Positions 24,834 to 38,984 of a stretch of 64,000 bases of DNA are shown piece by piece. The DNA comes from Glycera tridactyla (Eukaryota), in the NCBI GenBank assembly GCA_965644265.1, contig OZ286470.1, forward strand, positions 37,696,001 through 37,760,000. Direction: 5' to 3'. Position 1 is the stretch's first letter, and every line of letters begins with the position of its first letter. A program made the position numbers and the translations under genes. The notes beneath the pieces are model-generated. The model was not told where the DNA came from. It made no database searches and saw only the letters and a list, made by a program, of their open reading frames with translations.

Positions 24834-24970
24834 GATGAAATGAAATATTGAGGTTTTAGGTCCACTTTCTGCACTTGAGTAAGCTAAATCAGACCACCTG
24901 CCAAGGAGGAGCGAAGGTGAAGGGTGAAACATACCTGCATGTTAGGACCGGGGATTGAACCCCAGACCCA
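24834..24970 (-). mobile_element. Second, 5'-truncated copy of the same tRNA-derived SINE, inverted
   Basis: Its reverse complement matches 24444-24582 at roughly 88-90% by eye, including the B box and tail. Confidence 0.8.
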
Positions 24971-25342
24971 CAAAAGTGAACAAATGTCAGATGATGTCGA
25001 GGTCTCTCTGATCTTCTGTATCATTTCAGCTTCTAATTCATCACTGGCACTCAGTGCCGTGTAATCAGCATAGAATTGACAAGCACTTGATCAATCCGCC
25101 TACTTCATGAATAATAGTCTGTCCAGATATCAAAACGCAATCTTCTGTCTCTAAAGCCCACAGGCTCTTTATACCCTAGAACACCAAGACTGCAGGCGTC
25201 TCGCCTAGCTGTATCCTCTTTTTCCTCAGTGAAAGGTGATCCCACACATGGAGCAGAAACAGGATGGGGTCGTGAAGGGGGATGGAAAAAGCATAAGCAG
25301 GTGGGTGTCAACGATAAGACAATCTCAGGATGTCTGGAGCCC

Positions 25343-28300
25343 TCACTGATGTACAGTTTTGTTCAGGAACAGACAATCATCAACCGTGCACATTGTTTCG
25401 CAACTAGTGGATGACTTCAGTTGAATAGCAAGAACCACATAGGTCAAAAGTGTGCCTGCCATCTGCAATGAAAGGTTTCAACACATCATTCATCATGTCT
25501 TATCCCATTATTGAAAGTATGAGCAGAATCAAATAAACCAAGCCTTTTCTCATATTGTGGTGTTGGGATTCAAGGCCTACCTACGCCCCATGTAATATGT
25601 GGACAGAGATATGTAGATGAAACAGTTGAGAGTTCACAAAAAAGGCACCATCAGATAGAGAAAACAAGACGGCAGTGAGCTTCAATTGCGAAAATGTGAC
25701 AGATAGTTCCTACGATAGGGGCGGGTGAGTCAGTATGATACACTCTGTCAGCACTATTTGTATATGTACATTGAGTATCATGTCTGTGTTGTGATGCACT
25801 TTTCACCTCGCTAAAATTACTACAACTACCAAGCACAGTTACAAAAATAATCATAATGACAAACCAATATAATGACATGGACAATCAACCTTGACCAATC
25901 TATCCCTGATACATTCGTAAATCATGAGCTATANNNNNNNNNNNNNNNNNNNNNNNNNNNNNNNNNNNNNNNNNNNNNNNNNNNNNNNNNNNNNNNNNNN
26001 NNNNNNNNNNNNNNNNNNNNNNNNNNNNNNNNNNNNNNNNNNNNNNNNNNNNNNNNNNNNNNTACATATAGTCTCACACACACACGAATACAGACAAATA
26101 CACACTCACATACGCACACACACACACTCACTCAATCACTCGCACATACACACATACATATAGTCTCATCGTTCATCATTCTGAAAATTGAAGGGGTGTA
26201 CAGGCACGGTGACTGACTTACTGAAACAAGTGCATCTTTGTCCAAAGGCATAAGGTCCAGAATGAGATAAGCAACTTTTGTCTCCTTCAAATGAGTCATG
26301 AATAGCATCACCTGCGTGCAGGGAAAATAATAGTGAAGGAACATAATTATGATAATGCATGTGGATAGTTGCCACAGAGTCGTATATCGCATTTTACACT
26401 GAAGAGGGATTTATGGGAATAGATCAATTGGATTCTTGATAGGTGAACTCTAAAACTTCAAGATATTCACAAACACCGAGCATCATGTGACCAGTTGATG
26501 GATACACTCCTCCGATCAATATCCCTTTCCCTCTCATCTCATAAGTCTTTCTATCATGCCCCTAACTATCGATGAGACCAAGTGCGGGACAAACTTTCAT
26601 CTTTACTCCACCCTATCCCTCTTATCTCAAAGCACACCCTTTCCTGACAAGGAAACATGTCTAGAATAGAATATCATCTGTACTCCTCTCTAAACCTCTG
26701 ATCTCTGATCTCACTCTATATCTCGGCTCGGCCTTACTCTCAGAGAGGCCAAGTGTGGTAGGGAATCTCATAATTACTCCTCCTCATCCCTTCCATCTCA
26801 AAGCTCATTCCATATTAGTTTAGGTCTAGTGTCGGATGAGTCGATAGTTGTCCAGTGCTGGAATCTCATCTCCAACCTCATATATTGCTCTATTTCGTAA
26901 TATCAATCTATCCAGGATTGAATCCCATCATCACTTCTCTCCCTCTCACCTCAAAACTCATTTTATCTTGGCTTGGCCTCACTATCATAGAAGACCAGGA
27001 TAGAATCCCATCATCACTCATCTCCCTCTCATCCCTAACCTCCTTCTATCTTGGCTTGGCCTTACTATCGTAGAAGACCAGGATAAAATCCAATCATTTC
27101 TCATTTCCCTCTCATCCCAAACCTCCTTCTATCTTGGCTTGGCCTTACTATCGTGAAAGACCAGGATAGAATCCCATCATCACTCCTCTCCCTCTCACCC
27201 CAAAACTCATTTCATCTTGGCTTGGCCTTACTATCGTTGAAGGCCAGGATAGAATCCCATCATAACTCATTTCCCTCTCATTCCAAAGCTCATTTCATCT
27301 TGGCTTGGCCTCACTCTCAGAGAAGACCAGGATAGAATCCCATCATCACTCAGTTCCCTCTCACCCCGAAACTCATTTTATCTTGGCTTGGCCTTACCAT
27401 CGTAGAAGACCAGGATAGAATCCCGTCATCACTCATTCTCTTCTCACCCCAAACCTCCTTCTATCTTGGCTTGACCTTACCATCGTAGAAGGCCAGGATA
27501 GAATCCCATCATCACTCATTTCCCTCTTATCCCAAAACTCATTTTATCTTGGCTTGGCCTTACTATCGTTGAAGGCCAGGATAGAATCCCATCATAACTC
27601 ATTTCCCTCTCATTCCAAAGCTCATTTTATCTTGGCTTGGCCTTACTATCAGAGAAGACCAGGATAAATCCCATCATCACTTATTTGACCTCTCACCCCA
27701 AACCTCCTTCCATCTTGGCTTGGCCTTACTATCGTGAAAGACCAGGATAGAATCCCATCATTCCTCATTTTCTTCTCATCCCAAACCTCCTTCTATCTTG
27801 GCTCGGCCTTACTATCGTAGAAGGCCAGGATAGAATCCCATCATCACTCAGTTCCCTCTTATCCCAAAACTCATTTTATCTTGGCTTGGCCTTACTATCG
27901 TAGGAGGCCAGGATAGAATCCCGTCATCACTCATTCCCTTCTCACCCAAAACCTCCTTCTATCTTGGCTTGGCCTTACTATCGTAGAAGGCCAGGATAGA
28001 ATCCCATCATCACTCATTTCTCTCCCATCCCAAAGCTCATTTTATCTTGGCTTGGCTTTACTATCAGAGAAGACCAGGATAGAAACTCATCCTCACTCCT
28101 TTCCCTCTCATCCCAAAGTTAATTCTATCCAGGCTTGGCCTTACTATCAGAGAAGACCAGGATAGAATCTCATCTTCATGCAATTGTGGCGCAGCCTTCC
28201 TTCCAGAGAAGCCAAGTCCGGGATAAAGTTCCTGCCTTACTCCTCCCTATCCCTTATGAGTTGATACATGACTCATCTTGCACTCCCAAGCACTAACCCC

Positions 28301-30955
28301 TGCGAGCTGGGCGCAGTCACTCAATATCTGTTCTGAGGCTATGATACGAACATCTCTCTGGAAGCCAAGAGACTGTCGGCCACCAGCTTAGTACTGCATG
28401 AATTCTTGCTTTTCTCTCGCGACCATATCAAGATGATTATCAAAAAAAAAATTGATTGTGGATACTTCATTAGCATTCAGCTTGTATTCCGCATTTGAAT
28501 CAAAGGTTCTCGGCGCCTCTGCCTGCGATATGCAAGGTTACTTCCCCATAGCAATGTTTGTTTCGGTGCTTTGGTTGCAAGAGCGACGTGACATCACAAT
28601 GGGTTGACACACCCAAGCACGGCAGGGAATGTTCACTTCGAGCAGGGAATGATCTTAGTTGAGAGTTTCCTCATGATAGACCTGATTTCTAACATGATGT
28701 ATACACAAATTGTGAATATGTTGTACATGTTGTACCAGTAGTTTGATATCAAATTGCATATTGTATTTGATTTCTTTTTTTCATTGCCCTCATTTATGCA
28801 GGAGAAAATCTGTTCATGGTTAATTGCACAATTTGTGAAGTTCAGGATAAATGCCTCACTCCACCCTACTATAACCATCTCATCCTTTCTTCACCCGCTC
28901 TGCACTGTTGTCTTTATGTATGATGCATTTTGGAATACCTTTTTGACTCATTGTGCTGTCACCATGTGAATGAAAACCGATGGGTGGATAGAAGGGAAGG
29001 GTATCATTGCTAAAGCTATGGTATGGAAATTTGACTTTCAAATGATTCAGTGTTTGGTGATACATCCCATCGAAGAGGAAAATGATATCAGGCTATATTA
29101 CCTCTAGATCGAGTGTACCTCGCTTTTCTGGTGACATTTTCCAAGATTCTATTCCACACAGCAACTCCAGAGGGCTTCCAGCCTGAAACAAGAATTTCGA
29201 AATCATGAGGTATTCCCTCTGATATACAAATCAAGATGAATGTACGGTGGTGGTTGCATCGGATGATTCATGGAGCAAATACATTTTCTTTGCCATGAAG
29301 ATGAAGTTGAATAATTGGTACAGAACGAGCTCAAGAAAGATTCGAGCACACTGACTTCTATTGCTAATCATTTTCACATTTCTGATAAAGCAAACAGTGA
29401 ATTGTTATTTGATCAATCTATCATATGAATGGTGATGGATTGTTGAAGCAATTTTTTGATCGATAATATCCATCTATCAAACTCGTTGGTGTCCAGGAAC
29501 ATATAATAGTTGGTGTGATAAGTAATATGAACAAACATCTAATGAGTCGAACAATTGCCAAGTCATGATTCTAGGTGGTCGTGCCACCTGAATAAACATC
29601 TGCCATCTTTGAATGATATGCTGAAATTTTGGTTGATAAAACACATCGGTCAATCTTCCTCTTGAACTTCTCTATCTTATCTTATTTTCGAAATGAATCA
29701 CAGAAAGCTGAACTCAGGTAGGAGCTACTCTGCCTCGCCGAATTGTGCCGATTGAAAAAATGTCAGGGTTTGGTCAAATTGAACAATACTTTCCTTGTCC
29801 GCAAACCTATGCATAATGAGATGATCTCAAGTATTCTCTAGTGATCCTTATGACCGGGAATTTCAAAGAGAGAATCCTCTCAAGTGGTGTTTGGCTGCGT
29901 GTCTACTCATTCCATCCCAAGAATTCATACGGAGGTAAACATGTGCTGTAAGGATACACAACTTTGGAACTCACCTCTTCGATGATAGCGATTGATGCTC
30001 TGTATATACTTATGAAGACACATGTCTTGATGACGGTCCAGAGGATCACTACCATCCTTTGGTTGACGTTAGTTCTTCCATGAAAGAGGCTATAGATGAC
30101 CAGGCATATGAGGATCATCACTGATATAGCTGAGAGGCCAATAGCGGGGAAAAATGTCTTATTCACCCTTCTCACAAGACATGAGAGGTAGATATGCTTC
30201 TGCCGCAGTTGACCCATTTTGGATGCAACTGACTCACCTTGAGCCAATACCTGACCCAGCTCAACTTTGATGTGCCTGAATTCTCTCACAAATATCAAGG
30301 ATACTGCCATCAGGTATATGTGCTCAAGAAGACTGTTCATGACCATTATTCCATTTATGACTGCCGAAAGAACAAGGATGAATATGTAAGCAGGATCGCT
30401 CTCATGAAATGGGAATGCAAGCAGCAATGATGTATTTGAGGATGCATCCTTAGATGTGATTGTGTCAATGAGGACCCCAAGGAGAAAGCTAGTGAGAACC
30501 AGTATGACTATCATGATGGAGATTCGTACCAACCAGTAAATTGTTTTTCTATAAGAAGAATAATGTAGATGGCTGATCTTGATGGTACTCATAAGGATTG
30601 GCTCTAGTGTCTTCCACATGAAAGTGCCATAAACGAATGAAAACACAGCTTGAGACAGAATCATCCAAGGAACAAGATAGATGAGCAGTACTTCCAGTGA
30701 CCTTTCCCCCACGAACACTGCTATCAGTGTTTTGATTGCCACGGTCAGGGCAAGAAGAGTCAGTAGCACACTGTATACCAAATGGGAAGAAGTCCTGAAA
30801 TGGCGCTTATCTGGATGACCGCATGTGTATCCACCTAAGCACTTCATGGTGATGAAGAGTGGCTTGAAATCTTGAAGAATGCAGGTTTGATCGAACTCGA
30901 AGCCATTTCCCCCCTCTGCTCCAGGCACTCGACTCGCTGATATGACCTTTGACAT
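25343..30955 (-). CDS. Gustatory receptor-like protein, subfamily B (B4), 423 aa
   Basis: Exons 30955-29975 (MSKVIS...SIAIIEE|gtgagt), 29182-29102 (AGSPLELLCGIESWKMSPEKRGTLDLE), 26311-26222 (VMLFMTHLKETKVAYLILDLMPLDKDALVS) and 25462-25343 (MAGTLLTYVVLAIQLKSS...LNKTVHQ*). GT-AG, phase 0, open; exon sizes identical to B3. Confidence 0.92.
25934..26062. other. Assembly gap (129 N) next to a (CA)-rich repeat, in B4 intron 3
   Basis: N run followed by a CA-rich tract to about 26160. Confidence 0.99.
26912..28180. repeat. 83-bp minisatellite, about 15-16 units, in B4 intron 2
   Basis: Unit CCAGGATAGAATCCCATCATCACTCATTTCCCTCTCATCCCAAAACTCATTTTATCTTGGCTTGGCCTTACTATCGTAGAAGA. Period 83, measured from GACCAGG at 26993, 27076 and 27159. 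Degenerate flanking units at 26570-26900 and 28200-28260. Confidence 0.95.
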
Positions 30956-31092
30956 CTCGAGAAAGGTCAAAAAAGATTCGTCCTCTGGAAAAGGCTCCTG
31001 CTGGTAAATTGTGTACCACCACATTAGATCACCAACTATCGTCATGAAGAGATGGAGCAAGAGATGATATGAGGGTAGCTGAGAGTGGTTGC

Positions 31093-31103
31093 GATGATGA
31101 TGG

Positions 31104-31152
<49 letters not shown>
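31093..31152. repeat. (GAT)n microsatellite
   Basis: Seen directly, just upstream of the B4 start. Confidence 0.95.
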
Positions 31153-31154
<2 letters not shown>

Positions 31155-33071
31155 GGTAATAGATTTCTTGCTATGCCTCAGCATATGCCGGCCGATCAAG
31201 AATAAACAAATGGCCCCGGTGAAACATTATACCCCTCCAGGGACATGATGCTCTCAGCATACTCCACAACGATGAACGTCGATCTCATGCACGTGGAATA
31301 AGGGATGTTGCATTTCATGAATACTGATGAGTCTTCTGAAAGTTGGCAATCGGATTCAATGATCAGAAATGAAATACTCACCCATACCCGATTCAAGCTA
31401 AGACAATTCTTTGTATTTAGATATTTTGGGATTAGTCAAATATGTTACTCCAAACTTTGGGCCAAAAACATTTATCCATTGTAGTCTTTCACCCATTTGA
31501 AGAGATTGGCCTCATATCAACCGTCATGAAATAGATTGATTGGTTGACGTTCGATTGCATGAATCAACCAAATGAATTATGTTAGTCATGTGTTCCTGGT
31601 CAATGAAAGCTAGATGTTCTGTCCCCTGCTGGCTTCATTTACACAAACCCTGAACTCAAGATGATGGGTCACTCATGCCTGGTAGCAGAACCTCGTGTTC
31701 ACTTCAAGCAAGAACTCACTATGCCAAAAAACCGAGGTGAGAAAGTTAGGATTCATTGCTATAGCAACAAAATTGATCTGAGATATACACGAATAAACAA
31801 GGCCAGGACTACCAGCGTTTCGATATCAGTGACTCATGAATGAGGCACGTGTGCTGTAAATAGGTCAATTACTACAAAACAAGGATCAGAAAAATCCACC
31901 TTTGTGCACAGAACATACTATGTTTGAATCGAATTGAAAATCATTATATTGCTCTCATGGAGGAGTCTGGAGACCATATCGCATCCACTCGAGAAAAATA
32001 CATATGTACAATACAAGTGTAGACAGGTAACAATGGTAAAATACAAGAGAATAAACATCATTACAGATGATGGGGAGGTTACATGGTAATAAGTGGTATC
32101 AGCGTATGGAAGACAAAAACAGAGCGTGAGTTGCAGGATTGTAGAGGTATACGTGCCCTCAACGGAGCACCGCACTATAACATGTGGGAGACTCTGGAGA
32201 GAATGTATCAGTGGACAGCAAAGATGTCATGACAAAAATGACATAATGTGCTCGTTTTCAAGCGATTATAATAGCTCAGAATGTCAAGCCATAGATCTAT
32301 TAGATACAATATACATATCTATATGAAATATAGGTTGTATTGTCACAAGAGAAAGAGAAGTCTTGGAATAAATCACGATACATCTAAAGCACACAGTGGC
32401 AAATGCTGGGAAATTCCAGAGGTCCACGCTTGGGCGAGTCCCATAAATTGCTAAACATTCGGAAGAAAGAACGCACATCACACCGGAACATTGATTGAGC
32501 ATGTATGGGTACAAAAATAGAATTATTGGGTTTGATCATCAATGTAGACACGGGTAGGCTAAAATCGTATAGAGTTTGGCACAAGTAAAGGACAACGATG
32601 TTAAATAATAGACAACACGCAATTCATGAGACCGAATGTGTCCTGAAATGTGCCTTCAGTTGTCTTTTAAAGACCTATGGACAGTAAACATTTTTCCAGC
32701 AGAGAATGTTAGTACATGATGAGCTGATCACAGATCACCCGGTGTGGTGGTGAGATGACCAGGTATCATCATAAAATCGGTGATTTGGGGCAGCTGGCTG
32801 GCAGGGGTTGCACTGACCCCAGGCGGCGATGGAGTGACCTACTGCTGACGTCACACGCGGGAGTTGAGATGCCCAACTCTTGGAGGTGGATGGCCTGATT
32901 ATACTCATAGGTATGGGTGCTCTTATGAACATATTTTGTCTGTTATTGATCAAGATTGTGGGGATGATCTATATTTGAAAGAATGCCATCCAATGTAGCA
33001 CAGCATGATTGGCTTGCACCGGCGTAGACTACATCCGCGTAGGTGAGCAAGGGCGATATCAGGCTATTCAT

Positions 33072-35020
33072 TGATTACAGTGCTAAATTCCGGCCAATCA
33101 TAGGGCGGACTCTTCTGAATAATGCCAGTCGACTGCGTACCTTCTTACATATGTATTCAATATGTGCAGCAAAATTGAGATTAGAGTCCACTTTAATGCC
33201 CGAGTACAGATAAGACTCAATTCGGTCAAAGTCACATAATTTGGAACAGTTAGAGGTGGTCTGAAGCCTCTGTCGAGTGCCAAAAATCATGGACTTGCAT
33301 TTTTCACGATTTATGGTGAGTTTGTTATTACAGAACCAAGTGTCAAGAATTTTCATGTCACTAGTAAGGATCGAAATAAGATCTGCCTCGGATTTACTAC
33401 TGTGAAGGAGGGCAGTGTCGTCGGCATACATGAATAGCTCCTAAATACACCGGTGTTTACAATGTCGTTTATATAGAGTATGAAAAGTACTGGCCCCAGG
33501 ATGGAACCCTGGGGCACGCCACATGACACATTCAAGTAGGATGAACAAGCATTTCTAATTTTGGTACATTGATTCCTATCTGCTAAGTAAGACCTGAAAT
33601 AGGCAACTGTTGAACGACGAAAACCTAAGAGGGATAGTTTTTCCAGAAGGATGGCATGATCAACAGTATTGATAGCTTTGGCCAGATCCAGGAAGATCAC
33701 TCCAGTCAACATGCCAGCATCCATGGCTTCGAGAATCTTATTGTTAAATTCAAGAAGACATGTGACTGTGGAGTGATTCTTGCTGAATCTGGCCTGGGCA
33801 GGCGATAGAATATCATAATCTCTAATATATCTAGTACACTGCTTGTGAATAATGCGTTCTAGAAGCTTTCCTGCTGTAGGCAATACAGAAATAGGATGAT
33901 AGTTGGATGGATCTTCCTTGCGACCAGACTCAAAAAGAGGAGACACATTTGCTTTCTTTCAGGGGTCAGGGAAGGATCTCTCTGTGATGCTACAATTGAA
34001 AATTTGTATAATTATATTACCAAGAGGCTTATCTTCAAGACGAATGTAGTTGATTGTAATTTCATCTTCCACAGATGCACCAGTGTTATTCATCATGCTT
34101 AATGCCTCTTTGTAATCACCGGATGTCACTTCACAGAATTCAAAAACTGGGGGCTTACACGGGACAGACTGCACAGGCTGAGGATCATCAAATTTACTTG
34201 CCAATTTGGGACCTATTTCAGCAAAATGGGTGTTTAGGGTGGTAGCAATGCCCATGTCATCGGTGATCCCATGTATGTTCTCAGCTGCTATTGTTTCAGA
34301 CGATTTCTTCAGCCAAAATTCCCTAATAGTCTTCCGTAATTTCTTAGAATTTGACGCATGTAATTTCACCTTTTCGGATATATAAGAACATTTCAGTCTT
34401 TTACGAATGGAATTGCAACGTCAGACAGCCTCTCTCGGTCGACACTCATGCATGACGTCTCCACTACTGTGAAAGCGGGAAGCCCAGTATTCTCTAGCGT
34501 CAACTGCACTTGAGAATTCATGTGTCGCCCAAGGGGCATTGATGATCCTCTTTTTACCAGTTTTCAAGGGGAGATGACGGTCGAGAACCTTTTTGAACTC
34601 AAAATTGAAGAAAGAGGCCACAGTGTGTACACCAAGATGGTCCGTAGGTCAAACTCCATATTGGCAATGTCCTGCAGGTAAGCGTCTTTGTCAAAGTTTC
34701 GGAATGATCTAAAAGTAGTCTTTTCTTTCCGCCTAGAGATTTTTACCCACTGGCGAAAGGCGAAAACCATAGAGTGGTCACTCAGACCTGGATTTATACA
34801 ACCTGAATGGCTGAACTGCTGTTTATTATTCGTTAGAATATGATCAATGCAGGTATTAGTGACACATGTGACACGTGTTGGAGACGAGATTAGATTATCT
34901 AAGCTATGATCCCTTTGCAGGGTCTGGTACTTTCGAACATCACTATCATTTACTAAGGTGTCGATATTCCAGTAGCCTAAGATTAGCAGGTCGCAGCGTT
35001 GATTATCCACTAACACTGCT
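33072..35020 (-). mobile_element. Degenerate CR1/L2-type LINE ORF2 fragment (APE C-terminus + RT), truncated at both ends
   Basis: Frameshifted pieces: TCIDHILTN..GLSDHSMV (endonuclease), SNYHPISVLPTAGKLLERII, FLDLAKAINTVDHAILL, GVPQGSILGPVLFILYINDI and YADDTAL. It ends abruptly after ..RRVRPMIGRNLAL with no 3' UTR or tail. Confidence 0.9.
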
Positions 35021-38000
35021 GTAACACTGCTGCGATGAACAGCTTTTCTGTCCAGCTAAAGAAACTCTCGAAAAATCATTACAGGATAAGATATGCTCCA
35101 TTCATAGTATGGCAATGTGAATATTATACAAACATTTGTTCTTTGAAGAGTACACAGGTGGATCCAGAATCATATATGAATTACAATATTATTTAGTCAT
35201 TACTCACAACACCTTCTCAATGCCACATTGACTTTTATCAACCAGCCACATCTATATCTACATCTACATCTACATCCACACCGCACCTCATTATAAATTT
35301 ACAACTTGGAGGGTATTATTAGCACAGGTGACAGCTGTATGAAAATCGTCCCATGCATAATGATGAGGTGATACAATCAAGATATTTGTCATTTAGATAC
35401 AGTGAAATCCAGGCAAATTCATTTCGAAAGCATATATACTATCTAGTTTGCTGATCACCAAAAGGTCCACAAAATCCCATCTCCATGTCCATCGATGTTG
35501 TCTGTTATCATACCTCCAGCAGGCAGTGGGACAAGTGAATGGTGATATTCAGCATGTGATCAACATTACTGAGGCCCTAGTCCAGTGTGAGAAATGTTGT
35601 GGGTCATGTTTGAGTGAGTGGCAGGGCCTTGATTCAGAGATGCCACTTGGAAAACGAGGACAACATATGTCAGCAAGGTGCCGATAATCTGAAAATGAAA
35701 CAATTGCAACATTTCAATCCAATGTGTGGAAATGTGTGAAAACAATAATCAATCTGTATTGTTCACAAACGCATTCATTCGATCAGTGCATATAAAGCTG
35801 GTATAGTCTGTAAGAACAGTACTGGGGATTTGATTGTGCATCTGGTTCTGTCTTAAATGAGATCTAAGTTAATCAATGGTCCACACATTATCCATACATT
35901 GCTAATTGTGTATCCAAGGTTTGTATGGATCACTGTATAAACGAGCATGAAACTGGATCGAGTGAGCAGATTTCATCATGTATATATGATAATTTTCTGC
36001 CGGTCTCTATTGATATCTATAGCACTTGTCATCCAAGATCATGATTACAACAAAACACTGTCTTAATTGCACCCCAACTTGATAAAAATTAGAGCCTTCA
36101 ATTCTGTAGTGAAAGTGAAAGTGTGAAGGGGAAGGTGAGCATACTTACGGTCACCAGGGCTGGTTTATCGAGATGAAATAGTCCAAGCACTGTATAGGCA
36201 ATCTGGGGCTCTTTCAACTGGTGAACGAACATCAACACCTTGAAAAGATGTTAGTATATTTACTTATAGAACATCCTGTAGGGTGACACCCCGATCCAGT
36301 AATAGTGGAGTTCATTTTATGTGATCTCCATAATTTGGAAACTTCACAAGGATTGAAGCACCATTAGGCGCAATTCGCACATTACTTCCAATAAAATTAG
36401 CATTCACAACCATCATCTGGAATATAAGTGATAGGAGGGTTCAATCCATTCCAGATGTGTCACATCGGGCATGTTATTGAGTGATGGTGGGATACCACCA
36501 CACACCAGCAGTGTCTTCAACTTTCACACTGAGAAATGACACCTCTAGTGTATTTGTCTTTCATAGATAGGGATCATGAAAGAGGATTCTTGAATGATCC
36601 CACCCATGCTCCTTGCATGGGCGTCACAATATAGCACATATCATATTGCTTTCGTTTCAGTATCCACAGTTTTTTTTTATAAAAACATGCCAAAAATGTA
36701 ATTCATTCCAACCATAGTTGATATCTGAAACTCAGATCAATTGAGGGCATTCACAATAGGTGATTACTGGTGTACAAATGGACAGACAAATGTCAAGGCA
36801 AACAGCAATCTTGAACTCCCTGACTATTCGTTCATTGACAGATCCACATATGCAGGATACATAATCCATGCATTTAAAACATCATACTTGAACAAAAAAT
36901 GCATTTGTAATGTTATATTTGAACGGAAAGTGCTTTTGTAATGTCATATTTTAACAGAGAGTGCACTTGTGATGTTATATTTGAACAGAAAGTGCATTTA
37001 TAACGTCATATTTGCACAACTCTGTCTCGTCCTGCATTTTTCGTCTAAATAAATGATAGTCAAGCAATACACCAATAATATATCTTCACATAGTCTAGGT
37101 AATACCCAGACAATATGTTTGAGTACTGACACATTCCTTTACTCCCATACAATTCTGCCTGAGTCGAAGAAATATTCAGTATATCACAATCAATCAATCA
37201 ATCCACATCCTAAAAAAAATAGCAAATACTTATCTGCATCATCCAATCGACAACATATTTTCCTAATGTTTTCGAAGCCTATCACAATTTTTCACAGATA
37301 GATACAACGTGATGAAATATGGGATGCATTTCTCGAGTTTTGTTATCACTCACCTCATTGCTTTCAAAGGCCGACTGTGATGCCCCTGGAGTTAACATCC
37401 CCATGCGATACATGATACTGAGAGGGGCGTGAGCCTGGAAATCAAGATGGTAGACTCAGTTTGGATGACGCATCTCTTGCTATATGTTACATTAAGATGC
37501 ACATATCGGGACTCAAGTGGGCTTCCTATCACACATGCCAGGGATCAGTGTCAGATTCACGCACAATAGCATCTACTATCACCCATTCAGGCAGCGAACT
37601 GAATGACTCATCCAGTTGGATTTTATATATAATCCATTAGATCATGAGAGACACAACCTCATCTCATTCTCTATACAAATTCTCCAGTGGTGACTTCTTG
37701 GAGATATTCCATTCAGGAATACCACGAATGCAATCCATGATGATTAGCCTGTATCATTTCTCTGCTGATGCACATTCGACTCCATTAATGACATCTACTT
37801 GGGCATGTACTCCACCCCACTCTCTACATGATACTTTGTCGCCACATTGATGCAATTTCACCCTCCGAAATGCATGGGCATCCTTGATGATGAGTTTTCA
37901 TGTGATCCAGTTCGTCGACTACCATCAACATGTCATGATCGAACTCCTGATATTGAAGTCGCAGCGAGTGTTTCAGTATACAATTCTCAGTAATCTATAA

Positions 38001-38984
38001 CAAGCTATCTCTCACTGTATTTCTTGATTCATGTCCAAAATATGGATTCAATCAATAATTCAGCATGATCGATGTTTTTCGCCGATGAGTCCCTTGTGTT
38101 TTGACCAAGTCTCATGTCACAAGTCTCGTGTCAAAGAACCAGTAGATATTTTCGTGTACAACCGCAATAAAATCCTGAACTTTGCATATGCATCAAATGG
38201 TTGGCAACTGAGACTTGAGTTCATTGGGTGACCTTACATTTCGACATGCTGATATATGCAGGGCAATACATGGAGTCTGATTCTGTGTATATGAATTGAA
38301 ACGTGGGGATAGTCGGAGACATACAGACAGACAAAGCAAAAGAGAGAGGCGGTGGATAGATACAGACAAAGAGTGAGAGAGAGGTTGACCGATACAGACA
38401 GACTGACAGATAGATGGAGAGACAAATAGATGGACAAAAAGATGGACAGACAGACAGTCAGAGTAATAAAGAGACAAGAAGGTAGACAGGAAAGCACACT
38501 TTAGAGAAAGACAGAGTGATGAATGGATAGATGTATGGATGTATAGATGAATGGATTGATGGATAGGTAGATAGGCGGATAGGTGGATAGGTGGGAAAGA
38601 TTTGGAAAAGTGCAGGCAGCCAGACACATAAACTGACAGATAGAAGGGGAGGGGGATGAGATGAGAGAAATGGATAGATAGATGGATAGAGAGAGCATCT
38701 AGCTACTGTTCCTATTATTCACGATGACATTTTGAGATTGTTCCTTGCAATGGTCAAGTTGAGATGTTGTAATGGAGAAACTCACCCATTTTTGGATAGT
38801 AACTGATGCAGCAAACATTAGGAGGAAGCAGATGGATGCGAACAGCATCCCATAGATGTGGATGAGCAGGGTTGCTGTGTCCAAAGTTGATATTGACATA
38901 GCATAAGTTGAAAGACAGATGTCTGCCATGAACGAGACTGCCTGGATACCGATCACACACAAACTCATCTCATCCCAGGCAATG

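Noticed and set aside
26912-28180. Regular array superficially like a CRISPR
   Set aside because: Head-to-tail 83-bp units with no unique spacers, no cas genes, and a eukaryotic intron context.
31324-31341. CTGATGA...GAAA hammerhead-like core
   Set aside because: The intervening bases cannot form stem II, and no flanking stems were found.
31850-32650. Purine-rich, coding-looking stretch (considered GIY-YIG/Penelope or GDSG-type relic)
   Set aside because: No motif could be assembled convincingly in any frame; it needs a translated HMM search.
32846-32853. Perfect CRE (TGACGTCA) upstream of B4
   Set aside because: A single 8-mer, not seen at the equivalent position of paralogs; expected by chance in 64 kb.
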